Part shown: positions 15,500-23,047 of the stretch, piece by piece
Numbering within the stretch: position 1 is the first letter of the stretch
How the letters are laid out: every line of letters begins with the position of its first letter
Origin: a virus
DNA: 41,072 bases
Reading direction: 5' to 3' (one strand)
Virus record (IMG/VR): IMGVR_UViG_3300050505_000076
Coordinates: 1 to 41,072 of that record
The notes under the pieces: model-generated
What the model saw: the letters and a program-made list of their open reading frames with translations, nothing else
Database searches by the model: none
Told to the model about the DNA's origin: nothing
Position numbers and translations under genes: made by a program

Positions 15500-16008
15500 G
15501 CACCGATGAGCAGGTCTACGAAGTCGGTCGCATCTACCGTGTGCCTGCAGTACTCGTGACTGGCTGGTGGCACTACAGAGGATGGCTGCCGGTTATCGGC
15601 CCAATGCACGAAGATGCGGAGTTCCTGAATTTCCCGTGGCCGCATTTCCATGTCGATTGGCGATTTGCTCCCGAGGCGGTATGGGAGAGCCACAGAGACT
15701 TCCCCAATCAGGGAAGTCATTTCGCCATGCCGATCCAATGCCCTGACAAACGCGGCAATCAGGTGATCGTGCGCGGCCCGGAACTGCGCCGAATGAAATG
15801 CAAGCGTGCTCCGGGACGATTCCCTGTCGAGCGGGCTAACGAACGGTGGCTCCCCGCTCTCCGCGCCAAGTTTGCTTGCGCGAAGCTCATCAACGGCACA
15901 TGCCCGCATCGTGGCATCCCGGTTTCAGCGATGTATCGCGACGGTGACATTCTGACGTGTCCCGGCCACGGTTTGCAGTGGAATGCGCTCACAGGTGAGC
16001 CAGCATGA
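15496..16008 (+). CDS. Rieske [2Fe-2S] domain-containing protein
   Basis: The C-terminal CPHRG-x16-CPGHG is a C-x-H ... C-x-x-H Rieske motif. 170 aa. Confidence 0.6.
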   Translation: MSTDEQVYEVGRIYRVPAVLVTGWWHYRGWLPVIGPMHEDAEFLNFPWPHFHVDWRFAPEAVWESHRDFPNQGSHFAMPIQCPDKRGNQVIVRGPELRRMKCKRAPGRFPVERANERWLPALRAKFACAKLINGTCPHRGIPVSAMYRDGDILTCPGHGLQWNALTGEPA

Positions 16009-16154
16009 AAGAGGCGCAGTCCACTGATGTTCTTGTCGGCGAGCGTCACAAATGGTGGTGCTGGCTCTGGCATTTCGGCCGGATTCAGCCGCTTGAATGG
16101 CTGAGCATGTATCGATGGCGGTGCAAGCGATGCCGCATGGAGTTCACGCTGTGA
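16005..16154 (+). CDS. Small Trp/Cys-rich hypothetical protein (49 aa)
   Basis: Hand translation gives MKEAQSTDVLVGERHKWWCWLWHFGRIQPLEWLSMYRWRCKRCRMEFTL. ATGA overlap with the upstream gene. Confidence 0.4.
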   Translation: MKEAQSTDVLVGERHKWWCWLWHFGRIQPLEWLSMYRWRCKRCRMEFTL

Positions 16155-16702
16155 GCAACCGGTCTTCTGAAACGAAAGTCCAATGCATCTATCGCTCCGG
16201 CTGCCCGCATGGGCGATGCACGACTCATTGTCTCGGCGCCGGCACATTAGAGGCAGCGTCCTCAAAGAAAGACCTCACGTTCCAAGAGGCTTACGAGCGA
16301 GCACAGAAGGCCGCCATTGCTTGGGACCCACTGACTCACAATCGGAAGGATTCTTTCCTTCGCGAGATTAGGAACGCCTACGCATACGGATATACGGCCG
16401 CCCTACTGGCTGAAGGCGCTCACGAGACGACATCGCCTCAAGCGCCCATCGCGAAGCTCTACATCAACGGCGGCGTCGCGAATGGTGTCGTGGTCTATGC
16501 GCCGGGCCTTCCCGATGGCGAGCACGAGCTGTACTGCGAGCCCGCAAGCGTCGCACCTGCTGTGAAAGCCACACCACATCGTCTCGATCAGTTCGGCGAC
16601 TGTCGCAATCCGGGATGTACCTATCCGTCGATCGGCAATTGGGACGCGAGCAAGTGCACCGCTGTGAAAACATCTTGTTCCGATGCAGGTAATAAGCCGT
16701 GA
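16151..16702 (+). CDS. Hypothetical protein (GTG start)
   Basis: GTGA overlap. 183 aa. No domain recognised. Confidence 0.5.
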   Translation: MSNRSSETKVQCIYRSGCPHGRCTTHCLGAGTLEAASSKKDLTFQEAYERAQKAAIAWDPLTHNRKDSFLREIRNAYAYGYTAALLAEGAHETTSPQAPIAKLYINGGVANGVVVYAPGLPDGEHELYCEPASVAPAVKATPHRLDQFGDCRNPGCTYPSIGNWDASKCTAVKTSCSDAGNKP

Positions 16703-16884
16703 GAAATCACTGCGCCAAGTGCGGAGATATGCGCATCAGCGTGAAGTACGACAAGGTGCTCGACATGCTCAACCTCAAGTGCGAGCGATGCGGGCACGAG
16801 TGGACCGAGTACCCGAACGACGCGTCTCAGCAAAGGCTTCAAGCCGCGATGTCGGCCAGAGCTGCAGACCCAAGGTCCGAATGA
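16699..16884 (+). CDS. Zinc-ribbon protein
   Basis: 61 aa with CAKCG...CERCG pairs. Confidence 0.55.
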   Translation: MRNHCAKCGDMRISVKYDKVLDMLNLKCERCGHEWTEYPNDASQQRLQAAMSARAADPRSE

Positions 16885-17207
16885 CGAAAATACCCGAAAC
16901 GCTTGAGGAAGCTCGAAAACTGCCTGAGGAAGGCGGTGGCGTAGCGGTGTACTTTATGTGGCGCGGCGATGAGTTGCTTTACATCGGCGGATCTCGCCAA
17001 GTCAGTCAGCGCATTGACCAACATCACCGCACGCGCCGATACGGCGAATTGCATGCCTACGCTCGGAAGTTTATTCCGTTTGATCGCGTGACGATTTTCA
17101 AGTGCGAGATGCGCGAACTCTACGATCTTGAGACCACGCTGACGAAGCGATTCCAGCCTTCGCTATGTGACCGCGAAGATGGAGGAAACAAATGGGTCTC
17201 TGGCTGA
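16881..17207 (+). CDS. GIY-YIG nuclease-domain protein (paralog A)
   Basis: VYFMWRGDELLYIGGSRQVSQRIDQH...DLETTL carries GIY/YIG, Arg and Glu positions. It is a paralog of 19056-19406. Confidence 0.65.
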   Translation: MTKIPETLEEARKLPEEGGGVAVYFMWRGDELLYIGGSRQVSQRIDQHHRTRRYGELHAYARKFIPFDRVTIFKCEMRELYDLETTLTKRFQPSLCDREDGGNKWVSG

Positions 17208-17407
17208 CACCCGCAGAAGTAGTCGAACGCACCGGCTTCAAGCAGAAGAAGCGCCAGGTGCTCGAGCTCGCGCGCCAGGGACTCAAGTTCACAGTGCGCA
17301 GCGATGGCTTTCCGCTCGTAGACCGGTCGCAATTTGAATCCGGTGAGCGCTTGACACGAAATAGAAAGCGGCGGGAACCTGACTTCACCGCAATAGGCCG
17401 AGCATGA
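17192..17407 (+). CDS. xis: Excisionase-like protein (DUF4224-type)
   Basis: LTPAEVVERTGFKQKKRQVLELARQGLKFTVRSDGFPLVDRSQF matches the DUF4224 pattern. It lies directly upstream of the integrase. Confidence 0.6.
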   Translation: MGLWLTPAEVVERTGFKQKKRQVLELARQGLKFTVRSDGFPLVDRSQFESGERLTRNRKRREPDFTAIGRA

Positions 17408-17410
17408 ACA

Positions 17411-18421
17411 ATGGCGCGACCCCGCACGCTGAATACGCACCTGCCGAAGTACGTCACAGTGATTCACGGCTCGTACTGGTATCGGCCACCGGCAGGGCCA
17501 GACGGGGTGAAGCCAAAGCCAACCAAGATCGGCCCCGCGGGGCAGGAGCATCTAGTCTGGAAGTTCATGCTGAACCTCCAAGATCCGACGCCCCCGAGCT
17601 CCGCGCCGACACTCGCCGAGTGCTTCGATCGATACCAGCGCGAAGTGATTCCTACGCTCGCGCCGCGCACGCAAAAAGACTATGCGCGTCATGTAGCTCT
17701 GCTCAGAAAGACGTTCGGACACATGCGGCCCGAGGAGCTGTTACCGAAGCACATCGGGCAGTTTCTCGATCGACCGAAAGGCAAGATTCAGGCGAATCGA
17801 CAGGTCGCAGTGCTCTCGGCGGTGTATTCGAAGATGGTGGGCCGCTGGTACGTCTGCGACAAGAATCCTTGCCAGCATGTGGAACGCAATCCGTCGAAGC
17901 GACGAACGCGGTACGTGACCGACGAGGAATTTTCAGCCGTGCGCGCAATAGCGCCGGTTCGCGTGCAAATCATGATGGATCTGGCATTGCTGACCGGGCA
18001 GCGCCAGGGCGATCTGCTGACCTTGCCGCTGAAGAACGTCACGGCCGAGGGCATCCTATTCAGGCAGGGCAAGACCGGAAAGCGCCTGCTCGTGGGGATG
18101 TCGCCGGCATTGCAGGAAGTACTCGACAGGGCCGCGAAGCTTCTGCCTCAGAACCTCTGGGGAACGGTTGTGCGCACCGGGAAGGCGGGCGGCAGGCCCT
18201 ACACCTCAGAAGGCTTCAGGGCTCTCTGGCAGCGCGTGATGAATCGTGCGGTGAAGGAGAAAATCATCGCCGAGCGCTATACGTTCCACGACATCCGGGC
18301 GAAGTGCGTGAGCGACAGCAAGAACATTCAGGATGCGTTCGAGCGCGCCGGTCACACCTCAATGGCGATGACCCGCGGCACCTACGATCGCGGTGTTCGG
18401 AAAGTGACTCCGCTAAAATAG
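17411..18421 (+). CDS. int: Tyrosine integrase
   Basis: 336 aa. The C-terminal catalytic signature is HDIRAK...GHTSMAMTRGTYDR, and an SAM-like N-domain is present. It lies next to an attP-like tRNA fragment. Confidence 0.9.
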   Translation: MARPRTLNTHLPKYVTVIHGSYWYRPPAGPDGVKPKPTKIGPAGQEHLVWKFMLNLQDPTPPSSAPTLAECFDRYQREVIPTLAPRTQKDYARHVALLRKTFGHMRPEELLPKHIGQFLDRPKGKIQANRQVAVLSAVYSKMVGRWYVCDKNPCQHVERNPSKRRTRYVTDEEFSAVRAIAPVRVQIMMDLALLTGQRQGDLLTLPLKNVTAEGILFRQGKTGKRLLVGMSPALQEVLDRAAKLLPQNLWGTVVRTGKAGGRPYTSEGFRALWQRVMNRAVKEKIIAERYTFHDIRAKCVSDSKNIQDAFERAGHTSMAMTRGTYDRGVRKVTPLK

Positions 18422-18424
18422 CGG

Positions 18425-18787
18425 ATGGCTTTCGAACTCCTGACCTCCAATGGCGAGGTCCATCCGGTTCTGCTCTACCACAAGCGCGCGGCTGCCCTAG
18501 AGAAGCGACTCAAGAAGCGCCTCGGCGATACACGTGTCTACGTCTTTCCGTCGCGTCAGTTCGTCAAGATCGGCATTGCCGTGGACATCGCCGAGCGATG
18601 GAGTCGGCTGAGGTGTGGCAATCCCATGTTGGAGCCTGCTCTGTACGTGAGCACGCCCATGAAGAGCGCAGCGAAGATCGAGAAGGCGGCTCACGAAGCG
18701 CTGGCGCGATATCGAGTGAAGGGCACCGAGTGGTTCCGGTGCAATCGCTATCTCGCGGTGGAAACGGTGCGACTGCTCGCAGAATAA
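18425..18787 (+). CDS. T5orf172 (GIY-YIG superfamily) domain protein
   Basis: VYVFPSRQFVKIGIAVDIAERWSRLRCGNP...HEALARYRVKGTEWF follows the T5orf172/MUG113 pattern. Confidence 0.6.
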   Translation: MAFELLTSNGEVHPVLLYHKRAAALEKRLKKRLGDTRVYVFPSRQFVKIGIAVDIAERWSRLRCGNPMLEPALYVSTPMKSAAKIEKAAHEALARYRVKGTEWFRCNRYLAVETVRLLAE

Positions 18788-18883
18788 GAATCACACCTGT
18801 ATTTGAGAAACAGGCATCGCGAATTGTGACAGCACTGGACAGATGCAGCCAAGTAACTGTCACAACTGCGAAAAGAAGCTGTA

Positions 18884-18932
18884 TGGGGTGGGAGGGAATC
18901 GAACCCTCGACCAGCGGATTAAAAGGCTGCTC
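18884..18932 (-). other. attP core candidate: 3' half of a tRNA-Lys(UUU) gene, not an intact tRNA
   Basis: The reverse complement reads GAGCAGC-CTTTTAA-TCCGC-TGGTC-GAGGG-TTCGATT-CCCTC-CCACCCC-A, that is anticodon loop, variable loop, T arm and acceptor 3' strand. No matching 5' acceptor GGGGTGG is present upstream. Confidence 0.65.
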
Positions 18933-19055
18933 ACCGGAATTCATACAGTGCCCTGAAATCATTGGGCCTGTAAGCCGTAAAACGTTTCCTATTTACGGCC
19001 AAAAGAGGCCCGTTTTGTGCCTTTCAGCCCCCTTTTCTGGCGGGGTAAGAAACAC

Positions 19056-19406
19056 ATGCTGCTGAGTCTTGAAGAGCTTCGGGCGCTGCCAGATCAGGAG
19101 AGCCGCAAGCCATGCGTTTACTTCCTTTGGCTCGATCAGGAGCTGATGTATATCGGCTCAACCCCAAGTCCAAATAGACGCATGTGCCAGCACTGGCAGA
19201 ACCTTAGGTACGGAGGCCGTCGCTTCGGCGATAACGGCGGCAATATGCGCGTCATCCCATTCAATCGCGCCACATTCCTCGAGACCACCCAGGACCGCAT
19301 GCGAGAACTCGAATCGTCCTACCAAGACGCGTACCCAACGCCTTACAACTGGCACGGGGTCGCTCATGCGCTAATGCCACCAGAACCACAGGAAGCGTCT
19401 AAATGA
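19056..19406 (+). CDS. GIY-YIG nuclease-domain protein (paralog B)
   Basis: LEELRALPDQESRKPCVYFLWLDQELMYIGSTPSPNRRMCQH...RELESSY aligns with 16881-17207. An alternative GTG start lies at 19017. Confidence 0.6.
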   Translation: MLLSLEELRALPDQESRKPCVYFLWLDQELMYIGSTPSPNRRMCQHWQNLRYGGRRFGDNGGNMRVIPFNRATFLETTQDRMRELESSYQDAYPTPYNWHGVAHALMPPEPQEASK

Positions 19407-19606
19407 TGTGGGTGACCGATACCCGAGACGTCGTGATGCTGCTGCGTAAACCGCGCAGCAAGTGGTATGCGCTGACCTGCATCGGACCGAAGAAGCATTA
19501 TCGCAAGGATGGCTCGTGCAAGCACATCGAGGAGATATGGGAGTGCCTCAAGCCCGAAGCCCGGCCGAGGGTGAAGATCGATCCGTGGGGAGGAAGGCGT
19601 GGCTGA
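19403..19606 (+). CDS. Hypothetical protein (possible SWIM-like Cys/His motif)
   Basis: 67 aa, ATGA overlap, with C...CKH residues. Confidence 0.5.
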   Translation: MMWVTDTRDVVMLLRKPRSKWYALTCIGPKKHYRKDGSCKHIEEIWECLKPEARPRVKIDPWGGRRG

Positions 19607-19967
19607 GGATCTATTCGGCGAAGCCCCCGCGCAGCGGGCCAAGGGCATTGGCCCTCAAGGCGGTAAGCACTACGTCAAGCCGTGGGGCTATTTCATGCCT
19701 CCCGGCACGGGCCCCTCGGGTGAGACCTGCAAAACCTGCAAGCACCTCACGGGCCGCGGTGGAGTCGCGGGGCGCTATTTGAAGTGCGAACGTGCGAGAT
19801 CAAAATGGACCCACGGTCGCAAGACAGACATTCTGGCGGGCTCGCCAGCTTGTAGCGGCTGGGAGAAACCGGACCAACTATCACCGAATGAGGCGCGCCC
19901 CGACGGGAGGCAGGCGACCGCGCTGGCCCTTGGTATCCCGTCTTCTGATCAGCCAGGAGCGATCTGA
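19599..19967 (+). CDS. Hypothetical Cys-rich protein (GTG start)
   Basis: 122 aa with CKTCKH...KCE...CSGW. Confidence 0.5.
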   Translation: MAEDLFGEAPAQRAKGIGPQGGKHYVKPWGYFMPPGTGPSGETCKTCKHLTGRGGVAGRYLKCERARSKWTHGRKTDILAGSPACSGWEKPDQLSPNEARPDGRQATALALGIPSSDQPGAI

Positions 19968-20209
19968 TGGTCCGATTCCAGGTGTACGTGAAATGGCGGT
20001 TCATCACCTCGCCCGATGTTGAGGAGACGCAGGGGGGAGCATTGGCCGAGGGATCGCCAGAGGATGTGGGTGAAGACGTCTACCATCCGGACAAGATGAT
20101 TGCTGTGGGCCAGCCGTTTGATCGCGCTGAAGATGCTGCAGCCTACGCTACGGCCCGAGGGTGGAAGCAGGAAGACTGTGAGATCCGGCCATACGAGATT
20201 CTCGATTAA
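19967..20209 (+). CDS. Hypothetical acidic protein
   Basis: 80-aa ORF with a 1-nt overlap with the upstream stop. Confidence 0.5.
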   Translation: MVRFQVYVKWRFITSPDVEETQGGALAEGSPEDVGEDVYHPDKMIAVGQPFDRAEDAAAYATARGWKQEDCEIRPYEILD

Positions 20210-20214
20210 CTCAG

Positions 20215-20448
20215 ATGCGCATCGCTGAATTCAACAAGAACCCCACGCTGGAGGATGCTCTGGCTGCCGTGGATGGACTGCGCAAGGACATCGAATCCGG
20301 CAAGGTCATCAGCTTCGTCGCCGTCGGCGTCGGTCCAGATGACTCTACGACGGGCTATTGCGGTAGCAGTCGTCCGGTGAGCAAGCTGCGCGTGACTGGA
20401 GCATTGTTCAATACGCTACGCGCGTTCGACAACGGGGAGTTTGGCTGA
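20215..20448 (+). CDS. Hypothetical protein
   Basis: 77-aa ORF. Confidence 0.5.
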   Translation: MRIAEFNKNPTLEDALAAVDGLRKDIESGKVISFVAVGVGPDDSTTGYCGSSRPVSKLRVTGALFNTLRAFDNGEFG

Positions 20449-20633
20449 TGACAAACGATGACGTCGAGCTCCTCGGCCGCGCGAAAACGCTCGTGGAGCT
20501 ACAGGCGCTGATTGCTCAGGCCATCGACCGGGCCGGTCCCGAGGCGACTTGGAACGGGTTCGATGACGAAGCGATCTACATCTATGCTGCTGATGGGCGG
20601 ACCTTGAAGATTGAGAGCGGGACCACTGTATGA
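20448..20633 (+). CDS. Hypothetical protein
   Basis: 61-aa ORF with a 1-nt overlap with the upstream stop. Confidence 0.5.
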   Translation: MTNDDVELLGRAKTLVELQALIAQAIDRAGPEATWNGFDDEAIYIYAADGRTLKIESGTTV

Positions 20634-20857
20634 CAAACGAGGTGAACACCGCACGTCTCGTGCGCGTTACCGCGACGGTGCCCGAGATATGCATACACAA
20701 CGTGATGCTCGGCCCCGGCAGCTTCTGTCCTCAATGCCCTACGGCATCGGTCGAACCGAGAGCGCGTCTTGAGATGGTTGGCCCGATCACTTGGAATTGT
20801 ACGGTCTGCGGCACGAAAGATACCGCGGTCCCGTGCGAGCATGTGCGTTTGCTGTGA
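20630..20857 (+). CDS. Zinc-ribbon-like hypothetical protein
   Basis: Contains CPQC...CTVC pairs. ATGA overlap with the upstream gene. Confidence 0.5.
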   Translation: MTNEVNTARLVRVTATVPEICIHNVMLGPGSFCPQCPTASVEPRARLEMVGPITWNCTVCGTKDTAVPCEHVRLL

Positions 20858-20885
20858 ACCGGTCAGTAACTCCAGAGGAGAAATC

Positions 20886-21077
20886 ATGAGCGAGATCGCA
20901 AAAGGTTTGCTGGCGCAACAGGCGGCCCACGAGGAGCCCGACGTCGGCAAGGTGTTCAAGAAGCTGTTCGGCGAAGACACACCTGTCATCGATGCCCCGG
21001 CCGAGCGCGAACGCTTCAAGCGTGATCGCCTGCAGGAGCTTGAGGAGCGGCTACGTGCTGAAAGCCAGAAGCGGTGA
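20886..21077 (+). CDS. Hypothetical charged protein
   Basis: A GAGGAGAA Shine-Dalgarno precedes the ATG. Sequence is MSEIAKGLLAQQAAHEEPDVGKVFKK... Confidence 0.5.
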   Translation: MSEIAKGLLAQQAAHEEPDVGKVFKKLFGEDTPVIDAPAERERFKRDRLQELEERLRAESQKR

Positions 21078-21255
21078 TGACCTGATCTTCGGTCTCTCTG
21101 CGCTCAACGTAGAGCGGCTGATGGAGGGGAAGCCGATTGCCATCAACCTCACCGATCTCGGTCTGCCAAAGGGGCGCGTGATGATCTTCTACGGGAAGAC
21201 CGAGGAAGACATGAAGCGCGAGCTGGAAGCGGCCGGCATAATCCGACCGAGCTGA
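21055..21255 (+). CDS. Hypothetical protein (GTG start uncertain)
   Basis: In frame with track ORF 20992-21255. The start was chosen to minimise overlap with the upstream gene. Confidence 0.4.
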   Translation: MLKARSGDDLIFGLSALNVERLMEGKPIAINLTDLGLPKGRVMIFYGKTEEDMKRELEAAGIIRPS

Positions 21256-21267
21256 AGTGAGAACCAC

Positions 21268-21489
21268 ATGAAGTCACTCAGTGGAGAGCCGGCTGGGACG
21301 GTGCTGCTCGGGAGCATCAACAAGCAGTGCTATCTATTCCTGTGCCAAACGGCCGCTCGAATGACTATCGAGCGTCAGAACGCGCGCCAGCACGGAATAC
21401 AGGACCCGATCGACTTCGTATTTGAGTTCGAGGGTGAGCGCTACGAGCTTTCATACGAGCAACTGTTAAGCGCTCTGCGTCGAACATGA
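21268..21489 (+). CDS. Hypothetical protein
   Basis: 73-aa ORF. Confidence 0.5.
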   Translation: MKSLSGEPAGTVLLGSINKQCYLFLCQTAARMTIERQNARQHGIQDPIDFVFEFEGERYELSYEQLLSALRRT

Positions 21490-21632
21490 AAGTCACACCA
21501 GCAGAGAAAGCGCTTGCTCAAGATTGGCGCCGTCACGAGCGCGAGAAGCCTCTCATCTGGATTTGCGGGTTTGGCGTCGGCCTCGCCACCGGTGTGCTCG
21601 TGGCCTTTGTGTTTTGGTGGCTTCTCGGGTAG
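21486..21632 (+). CDS. Small membrane protein (48 aa)
   Basis: Hand translation gives MKVTPAEKALAQDWRRHEREKPLIWICGFGVGLATGVLVAFVFWWLLG. ATGA overlap with the upstream gene. Confidence 0.45.
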   Translation: MKVTPAEKALAQDWRRHEREKPLIWICGFGVGLATGVLVAFVFWWLLG

Positions 21633-21676
21633 CGGCCTGGATAGCTCATACAGTCCAGGGGGTCCACTGGGACTGC

Positions 21677-22060
21677 ATGGACGCCTGCGGTGCAGTGCGT
21701 CAGCATTGGCAAATGCCCTGGCGTCCAAAACTTCCGCCCGGACTCGTCATCCGCGCGCGCTCGCAACCCGTCCGTCGGCTTCCCAATCTGCATGCGGAAT
21801 TTTCGTATGGCCTCGCTATGCAGCTGCGGCGCCAAGCCGCGGAGCTCGACGCCGACTACGCCTGGCACCGGCGCAATAAATGCTGTGAGCAAGGGCTGAA
21901 GGAGCCCGAGCCAACGAAGCGCAAGGCCGCGCTCCGAGAAGCGGAGCGGTGGGAGCTGAAGGCAGCGAAGTTCAAGCAGGAAGTGCAGCGGCTCGAACAC
22001 CAGATATCGAAGCTCCCCAAGCTTGGGACGATCCGAGATCAGAAGAGATGGCACCGGTGA
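21677..22060 (+). CDS. Hypothetical protein with C-terminal coiled coil; start uncertain
   Basis: In frame with track ORF 21524-22060. This is the first ATG after the preceding gene. Confidence 0.4.
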   Translation: MDACGAVRQHWQMPWRPKLPPGLVIRARSQPVRRLPNLHAEFSYGLAMQLRRQAAELDADYAWHRRNKCCEQGLKEPEPTKRKAALREAERWELKAAKFKQEVQRLEHQISKLPKLGTIRDQKRWHR

Positions 22061-22230
22061 CGTGCCAGATCTGCAAGGGCGAGCGCTGGCTCTGTGAGGA
22101 CCATCCTGACCAGCCGTACGAGCACGACGGCTGTCGAGGGTGCGGCATCCCGTGCAAGTGCAATCCGAATCAGGAGATGCCGCCGGGCTTCCGCGTGGAG
22201 CGCGACATCGAGCGCGGGAGGATTCAGTAG
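22048..22230 (+). CDS. Small Cys-rich hypothetical protein
   Basis: MAPVTCQICKGERWLCEDHPDQPYEHDGCRGCGIPCKC... Confidence 0.45.
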   Translation: MAPVTCQICKGERWLCEDHPDQPYEHDGCRGCGIPCKCNPNQEMPPGFRVERDIERGRIQ

Positions 22231-22418
22231 TGCCCCATCTAGACATCTCAGTTCAAGAACTGATCTATATCGCGATGGGCTTCCGCGGCCTCGCGCGAGA
22301 TGAGCGCGAGTACGCCGAGAAGGCGACCAGCCACGTCGTCAAGGAGCACCATCTCGACGCGGCAGAGACCTACGATCGATTGGCGAAGAAGTACGACGAC
22401 TTGAGCAAGAAACGCTAG
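22230..22418 (+). CDS. Hypothetical protein (GTG start), last gene of the rightward unit
   Basis: 62 aa. Its stop shares the CTAG palindrome with the convergent XRE gene stop. Confidence 0.45.
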   Translation: MPHLDISVQELIYIAMGFRGLARDEREYAEKATSHVVKEHHLDAAETYDRLAKKYDDLSKKR

Positions 22419-22654
22419 GCCTCGTACAGAGCGATGAAGATGTCGCAGACGGACCGGATCGACATCTTGTACGCCTTCGCGATCTTCGGGATGTCGCGGC
22501 CTTTGATGATGAGGCGCCCGGTCTCCAGCTTCGAGAGTTCCTGTTGAGTGAGCTTGAGCAGCTTGGCTGCCTCTACCTGAGTCAGTCCCGCCTGTGTGCG
22601 GCAGGCACGGAATGTGTTCCCCCAGGCCACATCGGCCTTCGTTCTCGAAGCCAA
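22415..22654 (-). CDS. XRE-family HTH regulator (TTG start)
   Basis: FRACRTQAGLTQVEAAKLLKLTQQELSKLETG is an XRE HTH. A GGGAG Shine-Dalgarno lies 7 nt upstream of the TTG. The gene is divergent from csrA. Confidence 0.65.
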   Translation of the reverse strand: MASRTKADVAWGNTFRACRTQAGLTQVEAAKLLKLTQQELSKLETGRLIIKGRDIPKIAKAYKMSIRSVCDIFIALYEA

Positions 22655-22811
22655 TCGACGCTCCCGTATCGCGGAGCGTCAATGCTCTCAAGTGACGTAG
22701 AGCACGCTAATTCTGGTGTGCCGTACATCTGAATTGGAGTATCGTAATTGCGACCCTGACAATCACAACCGGGGATGTCTTTACCCCGGCAGGAACGAGG
22801 AGAGCGGGATC

Positions 22812-23042
22812 ATGCTCATACTGACCAGGCGCACGGGCGAGACGGTCATGATCGGGAACGAGGTCACAATGACCGTTCTCGGCGTCAAGGGGAACAACGT
22901 TCGCATTGGCATCAACGCGCCGAAGAGCGTGCCGGTCCATCGCGAAGAAATCTACGAGCGCATCAAGCGCGAACTCCAAGGCGATATCGACGGGAATGTT
23001 CCGACGGGAATACCGGAGAGGAAGCCCGAGTTCGCTCGCTGA
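22812..23042 (+). CDS. csrA: Carbon storage regulator CsrA/RsmA homolog
   Basis: [52 protein letters not shown] is near-identical in pattern to enterobacterial CsrA. It has a unique 25-aa C-terminal tail. A GGAGAG Shine-Dalgarno lies upstream. Confidence 0.9.
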   Translation: MLILTRRTGETVMIGNEVTMTVLGVKGNNVRIGINAPKSVPVHREEIYERIKRELQGDIDGNVPTGIPERKPEFAR

Positions 23043-23047
23043 ATCGG

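Noticed and set aside
18884-18953. Possible intact tRNA gene
   Set aside because: Only the anticodon loop, T arm and 3' acceptor are tRNA-like. The upstream 25-30 nt cannot form an acceptor or D stem (no GGGGTGG 5' strand). It is therefore treated as an attP tRNA fragment.
17404-19065. 553-aa plus-strand ORF spanning integrase, the T5orf172 gene and attP
   Set aside because: It is an alternative frame of int with an extreme Arg/Ala/Ser/Gly composition. It runs through the non-coding attP region. The +1 frame contains the bona fide tyrosine recombinase motifs.
21533-22246. 237-aa minus-strand ORF opposite the small plus-strand early genes
   Set aside because: The product is an Arg/Pro/Ser-rich shadow ORF. 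The plus-strand genes show chained start/stop coupling and Shine-Dalgarno sites.
22415-22418. Convergent genes overlapping by their stop codons (CTAG palindrome)
   Set aside because: It is real in the sequence but most simply a compaction coincidence. No hairpin or terminator is associated with it.
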